Below, piece after piece: positions 28,867 through 37,128 of a stretch of 37,768 bases of DNA; the first letter of the stretch is position 1; every line of letters begins with the position of its first letter. Source of the DNA: an uncultured archaeon (GTDB lineage Archaea; Asgardarchaeota; Lokiarchaeia; Sigyniarchaeales; SOKP01); assembly GCA_964508365.1 (NCBI GenBank), contig CAZDTP010000040.1:1-37768 (forward strand). Direction: 5' to 3'. The translations under genes were made by a program, and so were the position numbers. Below the pieces are notes generated by a model. It was not told the origin of the DNA, did no database searches, and saw only the letters and a list, made by a program, of their open reading frames with translations.

Positions 28867-28943
28867 TTTTTTAAAAATTAAGTTATAATATGTTATAGGA
28901 CAAAAGTATTAAAAAAGCTTTAAGAATTTGAGGCAGAAAAAAA

Positions 28944-30806
28944 TTAATAATAGTCAATATTCAATTCTGTCAATTTTTCCTTAGTTGGTATCCCGTTATT
29001 ATCCCAACCTCTAAGGTTGTAATATTCTTCAAGCATATTTTCAATTTTTACAATTTTATTCTTAGTAAGACCTCTTTCCAATGGATACTGTAGTCTTGGT
29101 GGAATTCTATCGTCTTTTCGCGTAATACCGCACTTGGTATTAAAAAGTCTTTTTAATGTGAAAATTCTTTCCCCAATCTCTAAAAGATCACGAAGATTTA
29201 AGCGAATGCCGTGTAAATAATAAATAGAATCTAATATTAAATCAAAGATTTTATCAACGATTTGCGAACCTGAAGATATTGTTTGTCGGCAAATCCCTAA
29301 CGCATTGTTAATTTCAGATATATTTTGAGTTATAACAACATCATTGGCAAATTCTGGTCTATCAACCGTCCTTTCTCTTATAGATATTGGTTTTGTAATA
29401 TCAAAAGTTTTTTCGAAACCAGTGAATCCAGAATATGTATCATTAGCAAAACCTCGTAAATGACAAGCACCACGGTTAGATGTTGCGTATTGTAATCCAA
29501 GAGGAAATATAGCGCGTGGGTCATGCATCGGAGCTTCAAGGCCTTTGACTTCTGTTAAAAAATCATTAGATCCTTTTCCAATATGTTTTGAGGCTTTTTT
29601 TGAGCCTTGACCTAATAATTTGCCAATTCCTTCATTTTCACATATTAAGTTAGTCAATCTAATAATCGCTTCAGTATCACCCCACACTAGCGGGAACCCA
29701 ACCTCACTTTCAGTTAAAATTCCTTTTTCATAGCAATCAAGTGCGAATGCAATCGTACAGCCTGTTGAGATTGTATCGACACCCATTATATTACAAATAT
29801 GGTTTAAATATGCGATTGCTTCGACATCAGAAATTAGACACATCGATCCAAAAGCAGCAGTTGTTTCATACTCTGCTCCCGCTGCGTTTTCTATTTTATA
29901 ACGCCCTTCGTTAATCTCAATTTCTCGGCCACAGCTAAATGGACATAGATAGCAGGGTTTATTCTTTACATGTAACCGATCAAAAACTACTTCTCCCGAA
30001 ATATTTGATACTTCTCGCCATTTGTGTAATGTCCAATTCTTATGAGGAACATCACATAATCGTTCAAAATACGAAATATTATTCGTACCAAATTTCCGCA
30101 AAATTTCCGCCATAGGAGATTTTTGAAATGAAGTAAAAAGTTTCTTCGCAATTTCTTTAAATTTCTCCTCGTTAAAGTATTCGACTTTTTTAGTGCTTTT
30201 TAATGCGATTGCCTTTAAGTTTTTCGAACCCATTACCGCACCCATGCCAGTTCTTCCTACAGCTCTATGATGATCGTTAATTATTGAAGATAAAGGTACT
30301 CTTTTTTCTCCAGAAGGTCCGATACAAGCGATCTTAAACTGACTCCCCAATTTGGACTGGAGGTTATGGATCGTCTTATCTGTGGTCATTCCCCAAATCG
30401 AGGAAGCATCTTTAAATTCGTAATGATCATTATCAATTACTAAATATAAAGGGGAGTTGGATATATTTTTAAAAACGATACCTGTTAAACTTCTTCTTAA
30501 TTCGGCTCCAAAGAAGCCTCCTGACATCCCCTCTCCATAAATATTAGTTAAAGGAGACTTCGCAGTTACGGAATAAAATCCAGAACATGGATATGCCGTA
30601 CCTGATAAAAGGCCTGTCATAAAAATCAAGGGATTATTTTCATCTAAGGGATCATTCTGATATCCTTTTTCCTTCATTAGGAGATCGATAGCAAAACCAG
30701 GTCCTCCTAGCAAGGAAGTGATGCATTGCTTGTTAATAAAACTCTCTTTGAAAGATTGATTCTTTAAATCTACTTCTAGAATTTTACCTAGTACTTCTTG
30801 TGCCAT
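28944..30806 (-). CDS. aor: Tungsten aldehyde:ferredoxin oxidoreductase family
   Basis: AKSPLT, GRTGMGAVMGSKNLKAI, CYLCPFSC, EYET, DTIS, HDPR, NRGACHL and YYNLRGWDNNG. Confidence 0.93.
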   Translation of the reverse strand: MAQEVLGKILEVDLKNQSFKESFINKQCITSLLGGPGFAIDLLMKEKGYQNDPLDENNPLIFMTGLLSGTAYPCSGFYSVTAKSPLTNIYGEGMSGGFFGAELRRSLTGIVFKNISNSPLYLVIDNDHYEFKDASSIWGMTTDKTIHNLQSKLGSQFKIACIGPSGEKRVPLSSIINDHHRAVGRTGMGAVMGSKNLKAIALKSTKKVEYFNEEKFKEIAKKLFTSFQKSPMAEILRKFGTNNISYFERLCDVPHKNWTLHKWREVSNISGEVVFDRLHVKNKPCYLCPFSCGREIEINEGRYKIENAAGAEYETTAAFGSMCLISDVEAIAYLNHICNIMGVDTISTGCTIAFALDCYEKGILTESEVGFPLVWGDTEAIIRLTNLICENEGIGKLLGQGSKKASKHIGKGSNDFLTEVKGLEAPMHDPRAIFPLGLQYATSNRGACHLRGFANDTYSGFTGFEKTFDITKPISIRERTVDRPEFANDVVITQNISEINNALGICRQTISSGSQIVDKIFDLILDSIYYLHGIRLNLRDLLEIGERIFTLKRLFNTKCGITRKDDRIPPRLQYPLERGLTKNKIVKIENMLEEYYNLRGWDNNGIPTKEKLTELNIDYY

Positions 30807-30943
30807 AATAATACCAATAAAAATAGATTAGTTATAACATCTAAATAAGGATTATAGTTCTAAATGGTAATTAATGCTCATTCTTAAGTTTTAAGAGAAC
30901 ATGTTAGATGGAAAAAAAAGTCAATAGATTAATTTTTCTTTTA

Positions 30944-32182
30944 TTAGAGCTCTTTTGGTAATTGATTGCTACATGGAAAAATTCCAATTTTGGGGGTGTT
31001 CCCATACATTTGTTCTAAATCTTTCACTAATTCTTGAAAATTAGTATGAAAAATTGTAGTGTCAGGATAATAATGCAATACATCTCTTTTATTGATGTTT
31101 TGAGAAAATATGCAAAACTTCTTCTTTTTCAATATCCCCTTAAATATGACTGTATCTCCCCAATTTTTATAAAGTTTTCCACCTGTTTCTCCTAACAAGG
31201 AATGAAATCCTCTTCCTTCACTAGCCGCAGTTAAAAGTACAATTGCCCCTTCCCGTTTAATGAAACTTTTTGATTTTAAAAAGAAATTTAATCCCTTTAA
31301 AGCTTGAGATAATTCCGTATCTTCGGGGTATAGGTTAAAGAATCCGATATCGAGGTTTAAATCTGGTGGTAAATTCGTTGAGTAAACATTTTTTGCTAAT
31401 TCCATAGCCTTTCGATGCGCCTTTATAAAATCCCCAGCAAAAATCCCTCCTACCTTTCTTGTCATTGTAGGTATAAGATTTATGGAAAAATCTAACCCTA
31501 CTTTTTTACATGTATCCTCAATATCTTTCCTTAAATCTGTTACAATTCCCAACCCTATTCCTACTCCCCTTACTCCTGCTTGATGATTTGCCTCAAGGGT
31601 TTGAATTCCACATAAACCTGGAAGAACCACTTTAGCTCCCCCCCCATACCCTGCCAAAGGATGTGGTATTACGCAACCAATCGCAATTTTTACCTCAGCA
31701 TCATAATAGGTTTTGTTTATAAAAATCGGAGTATCTTTGTATGAATCTCCGATGTAAACAAGATTTTCATAGGGGTGGTGATTTTCTATTTTTATTTTGT
31801 CAACAATTTTTAGACCAACTTTTTTGATTGAATCTTGTCTATTCATAGGTCGGTGAGCGCCCAGAGCATATATTAAAGTAATGTTATCATTTGTTATTCC
31901 AGCCATGTTTAATTGGTGTAAAACTATTTCTAAGATACTTTCTGCTTGAATTGGTCTTGATATGTCTTCAACCGCAATTACCGCGTTACTTTTCCCTTTC
32001 GCTATTTCTTGAATTGTAGAAGTCCCAATAGGATTACTGAAAGCTGTTTTAATATCTTCTTGGGATAGTTCAGAAGCATCTTGCATCTTGTAGATATTGA
32101 CATCCCAAGTATCTGGAAATTCAAGTTTTAAGTCTTTATCCCCGTACCAAGCTGCCCAAGGAACATTAAAGGTTTGTACCAT
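30944..32182 (-). CDS. larA: LarA-superfamily nickel-pincer hydroxyacid racemase/epimerase
   Basis: EDISRP, ALGAHRP, PHPLAGYGGGAKVVLPG, EANH and SQALKG correspond to the conserved LarA catalytic and cofactor-binding residues. Substrate not established. Confidence 0.88.
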   Translation of the reverse strand: MVQTFNVPWAAWYGDKDLKLEFPDTWDVNIYKMQDASELSQEDIKTAFSNPIGTSTIQEIAKGKSNAVIAVEDISRPIQAESILEIVLHQLNMAGITNDNITLIYALGAHRPMNRQDSIKKVGLKIVDKIKIENHHPYENLVYIGDSYKDTPIFINKTYYDAEVKIAIGCVIPHPLAGYGGGAKVVLPGLCGIQTLEANHQAGVRGVGIGLGIVTDLRKDIEDTCKKVGLDFSINLIPTMTRKVGGIFAGDFIKAHRKAMELAKNVYSTNLPPDLNLDIGFFNLYPEDTELSQALKGLNFFLKSKSFIKREGAIVLLTAASEGRGFHSLLGETGGKLYKNWGDTVIFKGILKKKKFCIFSQNINKRDVLHYYPDTTIFHTNFQELVKDLEQMYGNTPKIGIFPCSNQLPKEL

Positions 32183-32324
32183 TCTTATTTCTCACATTTT
32201 TAGAAAAGTAATTAACTCTTTCCCTTTGATAATTGAGTTAATATTGATTTTTGAATAATCCTTTATTAATCTATTTAACGTACTCTTTGAGAGCGAGAAT
32301 TGTTAGAAAAGTGCACCTTAAACC

Positions 32325-32353
32325 TTTATAAACAGAAAATTTTCTTATTCTGT
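32325..32353 (+). promoter_or_regulatory. TATA-like TTTATAAA followed by inverted repeat ACAGAA-N10-TTCTGT
   Basis: TATA-like element at 32325-32332; arms at 32332-32337 and 32348-32353, upstream of the 32386 operon. Confidence 0.4.
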
Positions 32354-32385
32354 AGAAATAATTAAAAGTTGAATGGTGAATGTGA

Positions 32386-32979
32386 ATGAGTCTTAAGAGA
32401 AATAAGATCATAAGTAAAATTACTTCGATTTCCACAAGTATTACTTCTTTTCTTATTCCTTTTTTTCAATATGTCCCTTGTACGGCAATATGGTTCGGTA
32501 TAATGAGTGTCCCATTACTATCGTATTTAGCATTGTTTTTTCAGTACCCTAGCATTCTATTATATGACTTAAGATTCTTAGTCGGAACTTATGGATTCAA
32601 TATCATAATGTTTGGGTTAATATTATACATCTCCTGTTTAATCTATCAATTATCACACAGGAGTCAATTAATTAAAAGGGGACCTTATAGGATTGTAAGA
32701 CACCCTCAATATCTTTCTTTTATTATCATGACATTAGGGATGACAATAGTGGCATTTCAGACATCGCCAATTTTTGAATTCCCAGTTTCTTATGAAACTA
32801 GATTTAGCTTTTTAATTTTTATTTGGATTGTTGAGGTATTAGCTTACATTCTATTGGGGAAAATCGAAGAATTTGCCTTAAAATCAAAACATGGAGATGA
32901 ATTCCTAGGGTATAGAAATAGAGTAGCTTTTATTATTCCATTCTTAAAAATACAAGGCAATAAAATTGAAAAAGAATAA
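32386..32979 (+). CDS. ICMT/PEMT-family membrane methyltransferase, copy 1
   Basis: GPYRIVRHPQY, IEEFAL...G..F..YRNRVAFIIPF. Confidence 0.8.
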   Translation: MSLKRNKIISKITSISTSITSFLIPFFQYVPCTAIWFGIMSVPLLSYLALFFQYPSILLYDLRFLVGTYGFNIIMFGLILYISCLIYQLSHRSQLIKRGPYRIVRHPQYLSFIIMTLGMTIVAFQTSPIFEFPVSYETRFSFLIFIWIVEVLAYILLGKIEEFALKSKHGDEFLGYRNRVAFIIPFLKIQGNKIEKE

Positions 32980-33006
32980 TTCGTAATAATTATACTGGAA
33001 TCTAAT

Positions 33007-33606
33007 ATGGATTTTAGAGAAAGTAAAATTAAAAAAAAAATTGAGGCAATATCTACGAGAATTTCTTCAATATTCATCCCAATTTTTCAATACGTACCTT
33101 GCTTATCCGTATGGTGTGGCATAATGAGCGTGCCATTAATAACTTATTTAATTTTATTCTTTCAGAATCCCAAAATTCTCTCAAATGACCTTTATTTTTT
33201 ATTTCAAGCTCCTAGTATTTATTTTATTTTTTTTGGTTTCTGGCTTTTTGTTTACTCATTAATTTTTCAATTAGCCCATAGAAAGCAGTTGATTCAAACT
33301 GGACCATATAAATATATAAGACACCCTCAATATCTATCGTTCATTTTAATGACATTTGGAATGACACTAGTAGTTTTTCAGACATCACCAATTTTTGAAT
33401 TCGCAGTTTCTCATGAAAATCAATACGGTATTTTGGTTTTAATTTGGATTGTTGAAGTAGTAGCTTACATTCTATTGGGAAAGATCGAGGAAATTGCCTT
33501 AAAAGCTAAATATGGAATTAAATTCCTAGAGTATAGAAATAGAGTCGCTTTCATTATTCCATTCTTAAAATTCAAGGCAATAAAATCGAAAAAGCATACA
33601 TTATAA
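33007..33606 (+). CDS. ICMT/PEMT-family membrane methyltransferase, copy 2 (tandem paralogue)
   Basis: GPYKYIRHPQY, IEEIAL...YRNRVAFIIPF; collinear with copy 1. Confidence 0.8.
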   Translation: MDFRESKIKKKIEAISTRISSIFIPIFQYVPCLSVWCGIMSVPLITYLILFFQNPKILSNDLYFLFQAPSIYFIFFGFWLFVYSLIFQLAHRKQLIQTGPYKYIRHPQYLSFILMTFGMTLVVFQTSPIFEFAVSHENQYGILVLIWIVEVVAYILLGKIEEIALKAKYGIKFLEYRNRVAFIIPFLKFKAIKSKKHTL

Positions 33607-34340
33607 TGGCCTCAAAAATGTCGAGTATCACTATACAATCGGATAAATACAAACGCAATTTTATAACGAAGATTATCCTTTTTATTTTTTCTCTTGGTTT
33701 ATTATCGATTATATCATACTTGTTAATTAAATTGTATGAAAAACGATCTTATGATCTTGATATAATCGCTCTCAGATCGCTTTTAATTTTTCTTTTAGTA
33801 CCAACTCTTATCTTCGTTTCAACACTTACTGCTCTCACAGTAAAAGAATATAGAAATTATTTTATTCGACGGAGCTATATTAATGAAGGAAGATCTTATC
33901 TATCTCTTGCGGATATATTTCAAAACGAAAATCGTTTAAATATCTTAACTGAAATCCTCAATAATCCCGGTATTCATCACAACGAATTGCTCCGAAGATG
34001 TAATTTGAATAAAGGTCAATTGCAATGGCATTTAGACACATTATTAAAGCATTGCATTATTAAAAAAGAAGAATATGGGCAATATGCTATTTATTTTCCT
34101 ATCACATCGTCGACAGAAGCAATTGAAGTTTTTAAAAATCAATTTGCTAAATCAAAAACTACTTTGGAAATATTGGATACTATTAAAAAATATCCTGGAA
34201 TTAATTCTGCCGAGATTTCCCGCATTCTGAATCTTTCTCGTAATTCTATCAAATATCATGTTGATAAACTACTGGAAAAGCACTTAATAAAGTTAGAAAA
34301 GAAAGGACGGATTAAAGAATTGTATTTATCATATCCCTAA
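33606..34340 (+). CDS. Membrane-anchored transcription regulator with two winged-HTH domains
   Basis: Two N-terminal TM helices, then NPGIHHNELLRRCNLNKGQLQWHLDTL and YPGINSAEISRILNLSRNSIKYHVDKL; TAATG overlap with the upstream gene. Confidence 0.85.
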   Translation: MASKMSSITIQSDKYKRNFITKIILFIFSLGLLSIISYLLIKLYEKRSYDLDIIALRSLLIFLLVPTLIFVSTLTALTVKEYRNYFIRRSYINEGRSYLSLADIFQNENRLNILTEILNNPGIHHNELLRRCNLNKGQLQWHLDTLLKHCIIKKEEYGQYAIYFPITSSTEAIEVFKNQFAKSKTTLEILDTIKKYPGINSAEISRILNLSRNSIKYHVDKLLEKHLIKLEKKGRIKELYLSYP

Positions 34341-34559
34341 GATAGTAATTTTGGAAATCACTGCTTCAATGTAAAGATTTCAAAAATTACAGATAAAATA
34401 AAATCACTTTGATAATGGAACAACTTAATTATATCAAGCTTGTAAGTATTATTCATTAGATATCTCTAAACCTTAAATTCCCATTAACCATTATGCATAT
34501 TCGTGGATTACTCTTTGGATTAGATAGGTGTTGCAACTTTCAGGTACTGATTTTAATTT

Positions 34560-35993
34560 CTAGGGTTTCGTTTTTTTAAAGAAAATTACAATAAAAACAG
34601 TTAGAACTGTGATTAAAAACACCATATTATAACCAGATATCACAGCGTTAGATTCGTGATCAAGATCTTCACAAGTATTATTAAAAATAATGTTCCCGGT
34701 GCATTCAACCTCATAAATGCATTTTTCATAAGCTGACAAAAAATTTACACAGACTGTATTTAAATCGCTGTGATTTAAATATATACCATACTCATTATCA
34801 TCGGCGGTATTGCCCCTTAAGCTGTTATTGGCGGATTCTAATAAATAAAATCCCATCTCATTACTAGTGGCATTATTGCTCATCAATGTATTATTGGCAG
34901 AGAATGCAATGTTGTAACCATAATAATTATCAGTGGCATTATTGCCTGTCAAGATATTGTTGTTAGAATAATACTGAATGTTGAATCCTGCAGCTTGATT
35001 AGTAGCTGAATTGTTTATCAAGACATTATTGGCAGAATAATGAAGATAGAAACCTTGGTAATTATTATCGGCAGTATTATCCTTCAAGATGTTATTGTCT
35101 GAATACCGAAGGTAAAAATCATAATAATTATTTATAGCGGTATTACTCTTTAGATTATTATTAGTTGAATAATTGAGATAGAAACCTCCACCATTATAAG
35201 TAGCAGTATTGTCCGTTAAGGTATTATTACTGGAATAATGGAGCGAGAAACCACGACCATTATTAGTAGCGGTATTATCTGTCAAGATGTTACTATTAGA
35301 ATTTTGGAGGTTAAAACCAGGACCATTGATATTGGCCATAGCAGCGGTATTGCCCGTCAAGATATTATTGTGTGAATCTTGGAGAGAGAACCCACTACCA
35401 TAATTAGAAGCATTAATGGCGTTATTGTTGATCAAAATATTATTGTCTGAATGATTTAAGCTAAAGCCTTCGTCATTTATAGTGGCGTTATTTTCCATCA
35501 AGATGTTATTAGTGGAGTTTTGGAGGTTAAAACCACAAGTATTATTATGTGCAGTATTGTACCTTAACTCCCCGTTTGAAACATTGTACAAATAAAATCC
35601 ATCGTTATCATAGAGCGTACCGTTAGTTACCGTCACATTTTGAATGATAAAATACAGATTAGTGTTCTGAATATCAATCCCATTGTAATTCGTAACTGTA
35701 TTATTAATTATATAATTCTCAATAATGTATGGATTACTTTCCGTTCCATTTCCAAACCATCCTTCTATCCCCACTAGAGTTTTAAAGTCATCATTACCGT
35801 TAATTAAAATGGGTACGTGAATTGCCGATAACTTCGGACGTTCCGCGAAATAGCCCTTATCAGTTTCCTTTCCCATTTGGTGTGCATCGAGTGTATAAAA
35901 TAAATTTGAAGTAAATATTAATGATCCGAAAACCAAACATAGGATTATAGATATTCCTATTAAAAATGATATCTTTTTAGCTATTTTTTTCAC
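34560..35993 (-). CDS. Secreted/surface right-handed beta-helix (NosD/CASH-like) protein with C-terminal ISGY-TM-basic anchor
   Basis: N-terminal hydrophobic signal; ~13-14 repeats of ~22 aa, GFxLxxSxNNxLxxNTAxxN; many N-x-S/T sequons; ends ISGYNMVFLITVLTVFIVIFFKKTKP; GTG start. Confidence 0.88.
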   Translation of the reverse strand: MKKIAKKISFLIGISIILCLVFGSLIFTSNLFYTLDAHQMGKETDKGYFAERPKLSAIHVPILINGNDDFKTLVGIEGWFGNGTESNPYIIENYIINNTVTNYNGIDIQNTNLYFIIQNVTVTNGTLYDNDGFYLYNVSNGELRYNTAHNNTCGFNLQNSTNNILMENNATINDEGFSLNHSDNNILINNNAINASNYGSGFSLQDSHNNILTGNTAAMANINGPGFNLQNSNSNILTDNTATNNGRGFSLHYSSNNTLTDNTATYNGGGFYLNYSTNNNLKSNTAINNYYDFYLRYSDNNILKDNTADNNYQGFYLHYSANNVLINNSATNQAAGFNIQYYSNNNILTGNNATDNYYGYNIAFSANNTLMSNNATSNEMGFYLLESANNSLRGNTADDNEYGIYLNHSDLNTVCVNFLSAYEKCIYEVECTGNIIFNNTCEDLDHESNAVISGYNMVFLITVLTVFIVIFFKKTKP

Positions 35994-36105
35994 CTTTTTT
36001 AGATTCCTAAGTATGAGAAGGAAAAAGCTTATATTTAAATTTAATCCCCTTAGAATTTTTCATTTCGAAGTTTAATTAATCCTCCAAATAGGGGAGATAT
36101 TAAGT

Positions 36106-36987
36106 TTAACTAGTTAGTAGTTTTGGAAACTTCTGCTCCATCGCTAATTCTTTCTGGATGATCTCGTTCAGTAATTCTTCTCTTTCTTTACCAGATAATA
36201 TTTCCAACTTTCTAATTTTTAATGGATCTACTTTTTCTCTCAATACATTTATCTCTTTCAATGTTGGAGGTTTTGTCGTTTGAACATGGTCGGAAATGAT
36301 CAAATCAAATCCGGTTGATTCTTTAATATGATCAATATCAACGCCAGGATGAATTGATGCTAACCTCATTCGTCTGGTTTTTTCGTCAAAATCCATATAG
36401 GCTAAGTTAGAAATCATACATTGTGGTCCTGCTCCACCACATATAGAATTTTCACCATTAGGGAAGCCAACTCCGGAAACAAAATCTAATTTTTCGGTTG
36501 GAACAAATGTTCTTGAATCGTGGCGAGGTGTATACAGAAAAGATCCTCGGGCGTAAAACATACTGAAGTCAGCTATCCCCGCACAACCCGGTAATCTTAT
36601 TTTTGGTTTATTGTAGTCTCCAATACAAATATTGTTCGTGTTGCCGTATTGATCTACTTGTGCGGGTCTAAAAAATTCAATGGTAGTAAGCTTATCCGAA
36701 GGAAGAGATTCTAATGTACATTCTCCAGAATTCTGAAAGCGATAAGCTCTAGCTGTATTCATTTCTAAATAGAGCAAGGAAACTTGGCGAGGTTCGTCCA
36801 CAAAAGTATTCCCCATAATATAATGAAATATTGAGTTTGGTGCGTGCGTCATTTTTGCTAATGTAAACGCTGCCCATGCGCAAGGAGTCGCAACTCCAAC
36901 GATCATAACATCATTATTTCGAACTTCTCTTGCCATTAAAACTGTTATCATTTCATCTATAGTATAATCTTTAGAAAAATCAGTCAT
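36106..36987 (-). CDS. Class I CoA-transferase-fold beta subunit (GctB/IpdB-like)
   Basis: YTIDEM, AQVDQYGNTN, IGDYNKPKIRLPGCAG, LDFVSGVG, RRMRLASIHPGV, STGFDL. Confidence 0.85.
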   Translation of the reverse strand: MTDFSKDYTIDEMITVLMAREVRNNDVMIVGVATPCAWAAFTLAKMTHAPNSIFHYIMGNTFVDEPRQVSLLYLEMNTARAYRFQNSGECTLESLPSDKLTTIEFFRPAQVDQYGNTNNICIGDYNKPKIRLPGCAGIADFSMFYARGSFLYTPRHDSRTFVPTEKLDFVSGVGFPNGENSICGGAGPQCMISNLAYMDFDEKTRRMRLASIHPGVDIDHIKESTGFDLIISDHVQTTKPPTLKEINVLREKVDPLKIRKLEILSGKEREELLNEIIQKELAMEQKFPKLLTS

Positions 36988-37128
36988 TACTCATCCACTC
37001 ATAAATTGAGAATTTTAGTGTAATACTTATTTGGTAGAAAGAAAACATTTAAGATTTTCTAAGAGTCCACGATGTATCTTTCGAAAATGTAAAAATTGAA
37101 AAACTATTTGATATTTACCTTAATAATT

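Noticed and set aside
30882-30896. TCTTAA-N3-TTAAGA palindrome upstream of aor as a metal-responsive operator
   Set aside because: Short and almost all A/T; likely to arise by chance at this base composition, and I found no second copy.
3030-32979. Short alternative-frame ORFs in the track (3030, 5400, 10125, 10861, 11988, 16502, 17522, 17810, 19274, 20195, 20938, 24597, 25049, 25346, 26359, 26683, 26971, 28381, 32844)
   Set aside because: All lie antisense within well-supported genes and show no motifs; these are expected shadow ORFs.
32386-33606. Claim of eukaryote-like CAAX prenyl-protein processing
   Set aside because: The ICMT/PEMT family is widespread in prokaryotes, and no prenyltransferase, CAAX protease or CAAX-ending substrate is visible here.
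34660-35600. ~66-bp periodic repeats as a CRISPR array or non-coding repeat
   Set aside because: The units are degenerate, in frame and encode beta-helix coils; there is no repeat-spacer structure and no cas gene.
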